Shown here: piece by piece, positions 18,345 to 27,403 of the stretch
How positions within the stretch are numbered: the stretch's first letter is position 1
How the letters are laid out: every line of letters begins with the position of its first letter
Origin: Magnetococcales bacterium
GTDB taxonomy: Bacteria > Pseudomonadota > Magnetococcia > Magnetococcales > UBA8363
Assembly: GCA_002753515.1 (NCBI GenBank)
Contig: PEAK01000010.1
Span: forward strand, 17,469 to 81,468
Direction: 5' to 3'
Length of the DNA: 64,000 nt
The notes under the pieces: generated by a model
The model's input: the letters and a program-made list of their open reading frames with translations, nothing else
Database searches by the model: none
Told to the model about the DNA's origin: nothing
Position numbers and translations under genes: made by a program

Positions 18345-18722
18345 ATGAAGCTGCTGACGATTGATGATTCCAGAACCATTCGCCGCGTTATTTCCGGGAT
18401 CGGGGCGATGTTGGGCTATGAAGTGCTGGAAGCGGAAAATGGTGAGGTGGGTCTCAAGGTTTTGGAGCAATCTTCGCATGAGGTGGGCTTGGTGCTTCTG
18501 GATTGGAACATGCCCGGGATGATTGGCCTGGATGTCCTGAAGGCCATCAAACGGGATCCCCGGTGGCAGCATATACCGGTCATGATGGTGACCACCGAGG
18601 GGGAGAAGGATTACATCGTCAAATCAATCCAGGCGGGGGCGTGTCATTACCAAACCAAACCGTTCACCCAGGAGGAAATGGCATCCCGCATCATGGAGGC
18701 GATGGGTATGGGGGGGGTGTGA
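18345..18722 (+). CDS. cheY: CheY-like single-domain response regulator
   Basis: 125 aa: LLTIDDSRTIRR...VLLDWNMPGMIG...YQTKPF. Confidence 0.9.
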   Translation: MKLLTIDDSRTIRRVISGIGAMLGYEVLEAENGEVGLKVLEQSSHEVGLVLLDWNMPGMIGLDVLKAIKRDPRWQHIPVMMVTTEGEKDYIVKSIQAGACHYQTKPFTQEEMASRIMEAMGMGGV

Positions 18723-18823
18723 TGCCGGGGTTTGGCCGGGCCGCCCCCGGGGGGGGGATGTCCGGTTCGGGTCCGAGCCGATCGTTTTAATCATTGCAGG
18801 GATGGATTTTCTGGGAGATTTCC

Positions 18824-19303
18824 ATGGATTTATCGCGAAATGGCGACGATAAGAGAGAAACTGTCTTTGCTGCGTTACAGGTTGCCGTCGAGGATGTCCT
18901 GTCCCGTATGGCGATGACGGAAGCGTTGTTCGTCCATCGGGAAAAAATGGACCGCTTTTGCTTGGATCAGGAAGCGGGGGCCATGATTCGTTTGACCGGG
19001 GATTGGGAGGGGATGATCGGCATTTCCGGTTCCCTGACGTTGGTCCGCTCCATCGTTTCGCGTATTGTTGGCTTGCCAGCGGAACAATTGAATATGGCTG
19101 ACTTGATGGATGGTATTGCGGAGCTGGCCAACATGGTGGGGGGAGGGACCAAGAGCAATGCCGGAATGGCCAATGTCAAGGTGCATCCCCCCATGGCCGT
19201 GGTTGGTAAAGAAGTGATGGCCGAGTGGAAAACGGTTCACAGTACGGAAAAATTTATCTTTGAAGTCGAGGGGAGTACACTGCTCGTCCTGGCGAACTTG
19301 TGA
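18824..19303 (+). CDS. CheX/CheC-family CheY-P phosphatase-like protein
   Basis: 159 aa. A CheC/CheX-type motif (DGIAELANMVGGG...P) is present and the protein sits between two cheY genes. The ATG at 18824 has a gggaga RBS. The motif spacing is not canonical. Confidence 0.65.
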   Translation: MDLSRNGDDKRETVFAALQVAVEDVLSRMAMTEALFVHREKMDRFCLDQEAGAMIRLTGDWEGMIGISGSLTLVRSIVSRIVGLPAEQLNMADLMDGIAELANMVGGGTKSNAGMANVKVHPPMAVVGKEVMAEWKTVHSTEKFIFEVEGSTLLVLANL

Positions 19304-19395
19304 GGTGATGGTAGCGGTTTGGTGATCTTTTATTGATTTTCTTTCATGGATTGGTTACCATCCTGGCTTTTATGTTTCTTGAAGGAGAGAATTCC

Positions 19396-19770
19396 ATGCG
19401 TGTGCTTATCGTTGATGATTCCAGTGTGATGCGTAAAATTGTCAGCCGGGGACTGCGGCAGGCGGGGTTCAAGGTTGATGATATTATCGAAGCGGGTGAT
19501 GGTCAGGAAGCCATGGGTGTACTGGCAGCGGACAGCAATTTCCAGTTGATTCTGTCGGATTGGAATATGCCGGTGATGGATGGCCTGAATTTTGTGAAGT
19601 CGGTTCGCGGTACAACAGGCCCTGCCAAGTCCATTCCCATCGTCATGGTGACGACGGAGGGGGGGGAATCCAAGGTTCAGGCCGCCATTGAGGCGGGCGC
19701 AAATGGCCATATCAAAAAGCCTTTTACGCCGGATACCCTCAAGGCGACCCTGGGTCAGTTCATGAAGTAA
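19396..19770 (+). CDS. cheY: CheY-like single-domain response regulator (second copy)
   Basis: 124 aa: MRVLIVDDSSVMRK...LILSDWNMPVMDG...HIKKPF. A strong RBS (gaaggagag) precedes the ATG at 19396. Confidence 0.9.
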   Translation: MRVLIVDDSSVMRKIVSRGLRQAGFKVDDIIEAGDGQEAMGVLAADSNFQLILSDWNMPVMDGLNFVKSVRGTTGPAKSIPIVMVTTEGGESKVQAAIEAGANGHIKKPFTPDTLKATLGQFMK

Positions 19771-19894
19771 TGGATTGCCTGCCGATATCGTGACTCACGG
19801 GTGGCCTTGCCCAAGGTCGCCCTTGGTCGCGGTTGGCTTTGCGATGGCGAGTACTTAATCAAACGCTCGCCTCGCCAAATCCGCACTTCGTATC

Positions 19895-19975
19895 CATGTC
19901 CATCCCCCGTGACGTGCCTTGAGTCGGGTGCGGTATGGCGGGGGTGACAGTTTTTTGTCATCCTCCCGGATGCCC
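19895..19975. repeat. Degenerate relic of the family-B palindromic repeat inside the cheY-to-CBS intergenic gap
   Basis: The sequence gtccatcccccg-[tgacgtgccttgagtcgggtgcggtatg]-gcgggggtgacagttttttgtcatcctcccgg parallels ctggatccccgc...gcgggggtgacaaaaaaacgtcatttccgcg of copy 1. Confidence 0.5.
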
Positions 19976-20302
19976 TTTTTGTTACCTTTCATGTCACTTG
20001 GATCGGCTTCGGATGGTGCTATACGGTGCATCGTCTCGTTTAACCCGTTCATTGTCGGTTTTTGTCTTGAGTCGGTTTCTCCTCTTCTGTTACTGAAATG
20101 ACCCTTCTCAAGTTCTCTCAATCCTCTCGGAGCGTTGTTTGCGTGCTTGTGGCCCGTGGATTTTTCGATTTGTGGTTGTGTCGCTTCCGATAAATTAAAA
20201 ATGGCTTGTTTTTTGCGTCCTTTAGCCTGTCCGCCGGTTTGATACAAAATCGGCAGCTAAAGCCAGGTTTGGTGACACCAGGAAACGCGCGAGTCGGAAC
20301 GA

Positions 20303-21559
20303 ATGGAAACTCCAGATAAAATTGTAAAAAAAACGAGGCCGTTCTTTCTCAACTATTTTGCCAAGTTGGCCAATGACCTCAATACCCTGACCGCGGCTCC
20401 CGTTGCCTGTTCCTTGACGGATGTGGAGTTGATGAATGGGCTCGACGATCTGGAAACCTTGATCGAAAAAGATCGTAGTGTCGCTTACGTGCGCGAGGAT
20501 GGCTTGAATTCGGGTGATGTCCACCTGATCTTTGACGTCTCGACCTCCATTGCCCTGACCGGGTTGATGATGATGATGGGTGAGGCCGTTATTCAAGCCC
20601 AGGTCAAAACCAGAGATTATAACGAAGAATTTCAGGAGGGGTTCAACGAGGTTTCCAATCAGGTCGTGGGGGCGATGAACGACCTGGTGGAAAAGAAAAT
20701 GACCGAGGGGGGGCATCTGTTTTTAGAGCGGACGACACATTGCGAATTTGGCAATATGCCGCCAACTCTGGTGGATGGTGTGACTTATCTGGTAGCTACC
20801 GCCGAAATTACGGTGGCGAGTTTTCCAGTGGAAATATGCCACTGGGTGCTGTCGCGTGGTTTTGCTGAAGCGTTATTGAAGGTTGAGGTTCCGGGAACAC
20901 CCGAGGAAATGGCCGCATCGGCGGCAAAGGCTGCTGCGACTGCTGCCCCACCACCCCCGGAACCGCCGCCGGCTCCAAAGGTTGCCGAGGCACCACCGCC
21001 GCCCGTGGCGGTTACTGCGGACAAAGAGCCCAAAGATGATGCGGCCGGGGCCGGTATGGCCACCCCGGAAGATTTGGCCAAAATTTCCACCGGGGGCGTT
21101 GTTTTTTCCAATTCGGATGGTTTGCCGGCACCCGATGAGCCGGGTAGTGTCCGGGTAGTGGTTACGGAGCCGCCGTTCTCGCTCAAGGAGGAAGAGCAAA
21201 TCATAAGTGCCATCAACGCGATGCGGGAAGAGGGACACCGAAATATCGGCGTTGATCGCAATGGCAAATTGATACGGGTTATCAGCCAGAGTGATCTGCG
21301 CCAGGTGATGGGTCCCTTTTTTGGCACCAAGGCCATGGGGCCACGGGACAAGGCGATTTGCACGTTGCCTTTGGGCAAATTGAACCAAACCCAACAGTTG
21401 ATCCGGGTTTCTTTGGGAGGTACCATCAACCAGGCAGCCGATTTGCTCACCGAATTCAATCTGCGGGCGCTGCCGGTGGTTTCCAATCAGGGGGTGTTGC
21501 GTGGTTTTGTCACGGTTCACGCTGTCCTGAATTATTTTCGCAAGAAAAAACGAGCCTGA
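20303..21559 (+). CDS. CheC-like N-terminal domain, Pro/Ala-rich linker and C-terminal CBS pair
   Basis: 418 aa. The N-half has a CheC/FliY-like pattern (DVHLIFDVSTSIALTGLMMMMG...EGFNEVSNQVVGAMNDL). The C-terminus has CBS motifs (IGVDRNGKLIRVISQSDL..., LPVVSNQGVLRGFVTVHAVLNYF). The N-terminal assignment is tentative. Confidence 0.6.
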   Translation: METPDKIVKKTRPFFLNYFAKLANDLNTLTAAPVACSLTDVELMNGLDDLETLIEKDRSVAYVREDGLNSGDVHLIFDVSTSIALTGLMMMMGEAVIQAQVKTRDYNEEFQEGFNEVSNQVVGAMNDLVEKKMTEGGHLFLERTTHCEFGNMPPTLVDGVTYLVATAEITVASFPVEICHWVLSRGFAEALLKVEVPGTPEEMAASAAKAAATAAPPPPEPPPAPKVAEAPPPPVAVTADKEPKDDAAGAGMATPEDLAKISTGGVVFSNSDGLPAPDEPGSVRVVVTEPPFSLKEEEQIISAINAMREEGHRNIGVDRNGKLIRVISQSDLRQVMGPFFGTKAMGPRDKAICTLPLGKLNQTQQLIRVSLGGTINQAADLLTEFNLRALPVVSNQGVLRGFVTVHAVLNYFRKKKRA

Positions 21560-21587
21560 TCGCCCTGGAAGGATCACTGAGAAGGTT

Positions 21588-21640
21588 GGCGTAAGCCCGG
21601 TGTTGGTGGAAACCGACGCTGCAGGCTTTTGTTTTTTTTT
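21588..21640 (+). terminator. Probable intrinsic terminator after the CheC-like/CBS gene
   Basis: An imperfect nested stem (gcgt..cggt / accg.acgc) is followed by ggcttttgttttttttt. Confidence 0.45.
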
Positions 21641-21685
21641 CACGGGCACTTGTGTCGCATGCAATAGAGGAGACCGGCTGAGGCC

Positions 21686-23068
21686 ATGCATCATTCCGAG
21701 TCTGTCACCAAGAACATGGCACTCGTTGCCCTGGTGGGTCGGCCCAATGTTGGCAAATCGTCTCTGTTCAACCGGTTGACACGTACCCGACTGGCCCTGG
21801 TGGATGATACCCCGGGTTTGACGCGGGATCGTCATTATGCCCAGGCGGCGTGGGACGGGCGGGTGTTCCGGGTTGTGGACACCGGGGGATTTGAACCGGA
21901 TCAAAGCGAAACCATCAAACGTCAGGTGTGGCACCAGGCGCAATTGGCGGTTGAAGAGGCTGATTTGGTGGTCTTGGTTCTGGATGCCCGGGTCGGACCT
22001 TTGGCGGATGATATGTTCCTGGCCGATTTGTTGCGCCGCAGCGGCAAACCGGTGCTGTGTGCCGTCAATAAATCGGACGGCCATCAGGGACGACATGGTT
22101 ATGCCGAATTCTATACGTTGGGGTTGGAACCGGTCATTGCCATTTCCGCGTCCCATGGCACCGGTATCGGGGAGTTGGTTGCAGCGTTGCTCGCGGCCCT
22201 GCCACCGGAAAATGAGGGTGATGCGGTTGTCGGGGACGATGCTGTGGTGCGGGTGGCGGTGGTCGGCTGTCCCAATGCGGGCAAAAGTTCCCTGATCAAT
22301 CGTTTGTTGGGCGAGGATCGCTTGGTGACCTCGGAAATTCCCGGAACGACACGGGATTCCATCGACATGCTTTGTGTCGATGGTCGTGGACGCGCAATGA
22401 TACTCGTGGATACAGCGGGTATTCGCCGCAAAAGCCGTATCGCCCTGCGCATAGAAAAATTTTCCGTCCTGGCGGCCATTCGCGCCATCGACCGCTCCCA
22501 TGTGGTCGTTTTGGTCATGGATGCGCTGCGTGGCATAACCGATCAGGATTTACGCGTGGCCGGTCTGGCCATGGAAGCGGGCAAAGGTTTGGTCTTTGCG
22601 GTGAACAAGTGGGATCAGATGCCGGTCGGCAAACGTACCGAGCGGGATTTTTCCGTAGCGGTCCGGGATGCATTCCCCCATTTCAGTCATGGTCGGTTGG
22701 TTTTTTTGTCGGCGGTTACCGGGAAGGGGGTCGGAAAGCTCACCGACGAAATCCACCTGACCCACAAGGAGGGCTTGCGGCATATTTCGACAGGGGTCTT
22801 GAACCGTTGGCTCCGGGATGTGGTGGAAAAGCACCCACCGCCCCGGCGGATGCATCGCCTGATCCGACTGCGTTACATGACACAGGTCAGTTCCCAACCA
22901 CCGACCATGGTGATTTTCGCCAATCTGCCCGATCAAATCCACGAAACCTATCGACGTTACCTGGAAAATCAATTGCGGGAAGCGTTTGGCTTTTCCGGTG
23001 TGGTGATTCGCCTGTTGTTCCGCAAGGGGGAAAACCCCTATGAGCAGCAGACCCGGGAGGGCACTTAG
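21686..23068 (+). CDS. der: Ribosome-associated GTPase Der (EngA)
   Basis: It has two GTPase domains (GRPNVGKSSLFNRL and GCPNAGKSSLINRL) and a KH-like C-terminus. The start could instead be the ATG at 21716 (MALVALVG). Confidence 0.9.
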   Translation: MHHSESVTKNMALVALVGRPNVGKSSLFNRLTRTRLALVDDTPGLTRDRHYAQAAWDGRVFRVVDTGGFEPDQSETIKRQVWHQAQLAVEEADLVVLVLDARVGPLADDMFLADLLRRSGKPVLCAVNKSDGHQGRHGYAEFYTLGLEPVIAISASHGTGIGELVAALLAALPPENEGDAVVGDDAVVRVAVVGCPNAGKSSLINRLLGEDRLVTSEIPGTTRDSIDMLCVDGRGRAMILVDTAGIRRKSRIALRIEKFSVLAAIRAIDRSHVVVLVMDALRGITDQDLRVAGLAMEAGKGLVFAVNKWDQMPVGKRTERDFSVAVRDAFPHFSHGRLVFLSAVTGKGVGKLTDEIHLTHKEGLRHISTGVLNRWLRDVVEKHPPPRRMHRLIRLRYMTQVSSQPPTMVIFANLPDQIHETYRRYLENQLREAFGFSGVVIRLLFRKGENPYEQQTREGT

Positions 23069-23103
23069 GCGTTAGGCGGCAGCGTGTTTGGACGGCGTCC
23101 GGG

Positions 23104-24324
23104 TCACGGGGAACGCAAGGCGATCATGTTGCCCTTGTTGGTCCACAGGTACATCTCCTGACCGACAACCATCGGATCGGCCAGGACGGGATCGCCAATC
23201 CGGTCCAGTCCCAGGACGCGTCCCGAAGTTGGGTCCAGGGAAAACAACCGTCCCTTGTTGTCGGCGATGAAAATGCGATCTTTCAGGCGTACCGGGGCGG
23301 TCAAAAGGCCATCGCTGATGTCGCCGCGCCACAATTCCAGGCCGTCCTCCATGCCCAGGGCGCGCATGGTGCCATCCATATCGGCGATGAACAGACGATC
23401 ATTCCAAACCAAGGGGGGGTGGAGGGCGGAAAGGTCATGGGTCCACGACCTGGAGCCGCCGTCCCGTGACAGGGCGACCAGACGTCCCTGATGGTTGACG
23501 GCAAAGACTTTGCGGCTTTGGGAAGGTTGGCCACTGCGACCATCGGTGACGATGGCGGCGTCAATATCCTGGAGCAGGTCCAGTTCGCTCCGACCCCCGA
23601 CAACGGTGAGGTTGTCGTTCCAAAGCACTTTACCGTTGCTGATGGATACGGCCTGGACGTCTCCCGAGGAATAGCCGACGAAGAGACGGTCCTGATCGAC
23701 CGTTGGTGTGGCGGCACCCATGATGACCAGGGCTTCCGGTGTGTTGTTGTTGACCCAGACGGTCGCGCCGGTTTCGGCGTTCAAGGCATACAGGCGGCTG
23801 TCCAAGGTCAGGAAGAAGATTTTGCCGTCGGCGGCAACCGGTGCGGAGGTTACCGATGTGGAAACGCGCTGACGCCACAATTCTTCCCCGGTGGCTTGGG
23901 AGAGGGCCACCATTTCGCCATCGTCCGTACCGGTGAACACCCGTTTGTCATCGATGCCCACCCCCCCCTTGATGGATTGGCCAACTTCTTTTTTCCACAA
24001 AGTGCTGCCATCCTTTCGGGATAGATGGACAACGGCCCCCTGGTAGGTGGCGACGAAGATGTCGCTACCCGTGACCACGAATCGACCGGGATGGAAAAAA
24101 GGGGAATCCGGGCTGCTGGCCACCGAGCGATTCCAGATTTCAACCAATCCGGTATTCTGACCGGGTTGGGCGACCAGTGTGGTTCGCAAAGGTTTCGTTT
24201 TTTTATCCTTTTCGTCCGAGTCACCGAACCAGCTCCCTGGACTGGACCAGGAACTGGCATTGGAACACCCGGATAACAGCAGTAACAGGGCGGTGATCAG
24301 AAGAAGATTAGAATATTTTCGCAT
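23104..24324 (-). CDS. bamB: Outer membrane protein assembly factor BamB
   Basis: It has a lipoprotein signal (LLLLSGCSN) and PQQ-like beta-propeller repeats. It sits in the conserved position between a yfgM-like gene and der. Confidence 0.85.
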   Translation of the reverse strand: MRKYSNLLLITALLLLLSGCSNASSWSSPGSWFGDSDEKDKKTKPLRTTLVAQPGQNTGLVEIWNRSVASSPDSPFFHPGRFVVTGSDIFVATYQGAVVHLSRKDGSTLWKKEVGQSIKGGVGIDDKRVFTGTDDGEMVALSQATGEELWRQRVSTSVTSAPVAADGKIFFLTLDSRLYALNAETGATVWVNNNTPEALVIMGAATPTVDQDRLFVGYSSGDVQAVSISNGKVLWNDNLTVVGGRSELDLLQDIDAAIVTDGRSGQPSQSRKVFAVNHQGRLVALSRDGGSRSWTHDLSALHPPLVWNDRLFIADMDGTMRALGMEDGLELWRGDISDGLLTAPVRLKDRIFIADNKGRLFSLDPTSGRVLGLDRIGDPVLADPMVVGQEMYLWTNKGNMIALRSP

Positions 24325-24329
24325 ATGGA

Positions 24330-24977
24330 TTACTCTTTTGCAGGTTTGCCCAGCCGATCCAGGCGTCGGAGCAAACGGGTGTGCAATTCCCCTTTGGCAC
24401 CCAGTTCAATCGCTTTTTGGAAAAAGCTGACAGCCTTTTGCCCATCTTTTTGTTTCAGCGCCAGCAAGCCCAAGATTTCCAGGGCATGGCCACGGAATGG
24501 AGAATCGTCTTTGATGCGACCGAGCAAGGTTTCAGCGCGTGGGCTATCCTCATCGACGACAACCAGGGCGGCGTTATAAAGGGCCAGATCGCGCAAGGAG
24601 TCCTCCTGGGTCAGGTTCGCCATGTTTTCCATTTTTGCGGAAGCGGCACTTTTTTGTCCCGTTTCCGCCAGGGAGCGGGCCTCGACGATTTGTCCGAGCA
24701 GGCTGTAGCCGTGGTTTTTGTATTGTTGCAGCAATGGTTGCAGTTGTTTTTGCGTTTCCGACCAGTTGCCCTGTTCAAGGGGTTTGGTGGCGGCGAGATA
24801 CAGATCGCTGGCGGCGATGTCTTCACGTTTCCGGTATTCGTCCCAGCCGACGTAGGCAAACAATCCCAGGAAGAAGAGAATGAAACCGCCTATGATCCAG
24901 GGGCGATTCCTTTCCCACTGTTTGCGGAGGCGATCGGCATCCAGCTCTTCGTCAATCTGTTCGAAAATGTTTTCCAT
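24330..24977 (-). CDS. YfgM-like TPR membrane protein
   Basis: 215 aa with one N-terminal TM segment (PWIIGGFILFFLGLFAYVGW) and a TPR-like body. The order hisS, yfgM, bamB, der is conserved. Confidence 0.75.
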   Translation of the reverse strand: MENIFEQIDEELDADRLRKQWERNRPWIIGGFILFFLGLFAYVGWDEYRKREDIAASDLYLAATKPLEQGNWSETQKQLQPLLQQYKNHGYSLLGQIVEARSLAETGQKSAASAKMENMANLTQEDSLRDLALYNAALVVVDEDSPRAETLLGRIKDDSPFRGHALEILGLLALKQKDGQKAVSFFQKAIELGAKGELHTRLLRRLDRLGKPAKE

Positions 24978-25029
24978 GCCTTGGTTAATCCTACGGTTTT
25001 ATTTTGATTCGATGGTCGTGACAAGTCGG

Positions 25030-26289
25030 TCAAGGGCTGGTGCGACAAAGGGTGATCATGTGGTTCACGGTTTCCGGGATGGGGATCTCCTGCTGTTGGC
25101 TCTGGAGCATATCTTTGACGACGACGCTATTGTTGGCGAGTTCCGTATCGCCGATCAGCACGGCATATCGGGCTTGGGAACGTCCGGCGCGTTTCATTTG
25201 ACTTTTCAAGGATCCACCACCCAGGTTCAGTTCCACCGACAGGCCAGCCTTGCGCAGGGTATCGGCCAGTTTGAGACCCGCCTGTTCGGCAGCGTTCCCC
25301 AGAGTGACCAGGTAGACCTCCATGGGGAGCGTGGGCCTGTTTTCCCCGTCCAACAGCAACGCCAACCTTTCCAATCCCATGGCGAAGCCGATGGCCGGTG
25401 TCGCCGTACCCCCCATCTGTTCCACCAGTCCGTCGTAGCGTCCACCGGCGGCAACGGCATTTTGGGCCCCCAATCCCACTGCGGTGATTTCAAAGGCGGT
25501 GCGATTGTAATAATCCAGGCCACGTACCATCAGGGGATTCACCTGATGGGGGATGCCCAACCCCGTCAAATGATCCTTAAGGCTGGCGAAATGGGTATGG
25601 CATCCCGGGCACAGATGATCCAGCATGATGGGTGCCCGGGTGATGGTGGCACGACAGGATTCCCGTTTACAATCCAGAACACGCAGGGGATTCCTTTCCA
25701 GGCGATTCTGGCAATCGTCGCAGAGTTGCGCGGCTGAGGTGCGTAGCGCCGCGATCAATCGCTCGCGATAGGGGGCGCGGCACGTCAGGCAGCCCAATGA
25801 GTTGATTTCCAGTACCAGGGCGTCCTTGAGGCCGATCCCGGTCAGATAGTGCATGGCCATGGCCATGAGTTCGGCATCCGCCAAGGGGCCTTCGGGGCCG
25901 AACAGCTCGCAACCGATCTGGTGGAATTGTCTTTGCCGTCCCTTTTGCGGTCTTTCATAACGAAACATCGGCCCCCGATACCAGACTTTCCACGGCAGGT
26001 GCCGGTGCATGCTTTGTTGCACGAAGGCGCGGACCACCGACGCGGTACCTTCAGGGCGCAGGCTGAGGGAATCACCACCACGATCCGCAAAGGTGTACAT
26101 CTCTTTTTCGACGATATCGGTGGTGGCACCGACGGCACGGGCGAACAGCTCGGTTTTTTCAAACAAGGGGGTGCGAATTTCTTCAAAGCCGTAACGCCGG
26201 AAAATGGACAGGGCTTCGGATTCGAGGAATTGCCAAAGGGTTGTTTCGCCCGGGAGAAGGTCGTGAACCCCGCGTACGGTTTGTATCAT
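25030..26289 (-). CDS. hisS: Histidine--tRNA ligase
   Basis: 419 aa with class II aaRS motifs ([38 protein letters not shown]). Confidence 0.95.
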   Translation of the reverse strand: MIQTVRGVHDLLPGETTLWQFLESEALSIFRRYGFEEIRTPLFEKTELFARAVGATTDIVEKEMYTFADRGGDSLSLRPEGTASVVRAFVQQSMHRHLPWKVWYRGPMFRYERPQKGRQRQFHQIGCELFGPEGPLADAELMAMAMHYLTGIGLKDALVLEINSLGCLTCRAPYRERLIAALRTSAAQLCDDCQNRLERNPLRVLDCKRESCRATITRAPIMLDHLCPGCHTHFASLKDHLTGLGIPHQVNPLMVRGLDYYNRTAFEITAVGLGAQNAVAAGGRYDGLVEQMGGTATPAIGFAMGLERLALLLDGENRPTLPMEVYLVTLGNAAEQAGLKLADTLRKAGLSVELNLGGGSLKSQMKRAGRSQARYAVLIGDTELANNSVVVKDMLQSQQQEIPIPETVNHMITLCRTSP

Positions 26290-27401
26290 GAGCCGGTGAG
26301 TTCCTGTTGATCGTGCCGCATTGTCGCCGCGACCTGTTCGACTTCGGCCACCAGACGGTCAACCAATTCGCTGGCGTTGATTTTGCCACAGGGGCGGCCA
26401 TCACGGTAGAGCAGATGACTCCCCTGGCCACCACCGACCAGGCCGATGGCTGTTTCTTTGGCTTCGCCGGGACCGTTGACAACGCATCCGATGACCGACA
26501 AGGCCACAGGTTCGCGAATGTGCGCCAATTGTTGTTCCAATCGGGCCACGACGTCGATCACGTTGAATTCCTGCCGCGAACAGGTTGGGCAGGAGATGAT
26601 GTTGACCCCGTGGGTACGGAGCCGCAAGGCTTTCAAGATTTCAAAACCGACTCTGACCTCTTCGACCGGATCGGCGGTCAGGGAGACGCGCAGGGTGTCG
26701 CCAATCCCTTCAGCCAGGAGCAAACCCAGGCCAATGGACGATTTAACGGCTCCGGGCAAGAGTCCCCCCGCCTCGGTGATGCCCAGGTGCAATGGGTAAT
26801 CGACCTGCTCGGCCAACAAGCGGTAGGCCGCGACGGTCATGCCAACGGAACTGGCCTTGAGGCTGATCTTGATTTCCCGGAAGTCCAGTTCTTCCAGGAT
26901 ACGGATGTGCCCCAGCGCCGAGTCAACCATGGCCCGGGGTGTCGGTTCGCCGTAGCGGGCGAGGAGTTCTTTTTCCAGGGAACCGGCGTTGACGCCGATG
27001 CGAATGGAGACGCCACGATCCCGGGCGGCTTGCACCACCTCCTGGACGCGGGTTTTGGAGCCGATATTCCCCGGGTTGATCCGCAATCCCTGCACCCCCT
27101 GGTTCAGGGCTTCCAGGGCCAGGCGATAGTCGAAATGAATATCGGCGATCAAGGGGACCCGGGCGTTACGGACCAGGGTACCCATCGCCCGGGCCGCGTC
27201 CATGTCGGGGCAGGAGACCCGGACGATGTCGGCACCCGCCCGGTCCAGGAGATCGATTTGCCGTCCCGTGGCCACGGTATCGGCGGTGGGGGTGTTGGTC
27301 ATGGATTGGACGCTGATGGGGGCCGTGCCGCCTACAACGACCCGACCCACATGGATGGTACGGGTGGCGCGTCTGCGGGCGACAAGGGAGGGTTCGGACA
27401 C
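26286..27401 (-). CDS. ispG: 4-hydroxy-3-methylbut-2-en-1-yl diphosphate synthase IspG
   Basis: 371 aa with IspG motifs ([31 protein letters not shown]). It has a GTG start and overlaps the hisS start by 4 nt. Confidence 0.95.
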   Translation of the reverse strand: MSEPSLVARRRATRTIHVGRVVVGGTAPISVQSMTNTPTADTVATGRQIDLLDRAGADIVRVSCPDMDAARAMGTLVRNARVPLIADIHFDYRLALEALNQGVQGLRINPGNIGSKTRVQEVVQAARDRGVSIRIGVNAGSLEKELLARYGEPTPRAMVDSALGHIRILEELDFREIKISLKASSVGMTVAAYRLLAEQVDYPLHLGITEAGGLLPGAVKSSIGLGLLLAEGIGDTLRVSLTADPVEEVRVGFEILKALRLRTHGVNIISCPTCSRQEFNVIDVVARLEQQLAHIREPVALSVIGCVVNGPGEAKETAIGLVGGGQGSHLLYRDGRPCGKINASELVDRLVAEVEQVAATMRHDQQELTGS

Positions 27402-27403
27402 GT

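Noticed and set aside
19855-20247. 130-aa minus-strand ORF in the che-locus gap
   Set aside because: The translation is highly hydrophilic and low-complexity. It overlaps a repeat relic, has no RBS, and lies opposite to all neighbouring genes.
20873-22501. 542-aa minus-strand ORF spanning the CBS gene, its terminator and der
   Set aside because: It runs antisense to two well-supported genes and crosses an intergenic terminator. Its composition is low-complexity and Arg/Gly/His-rich, typical of a shadow frame.
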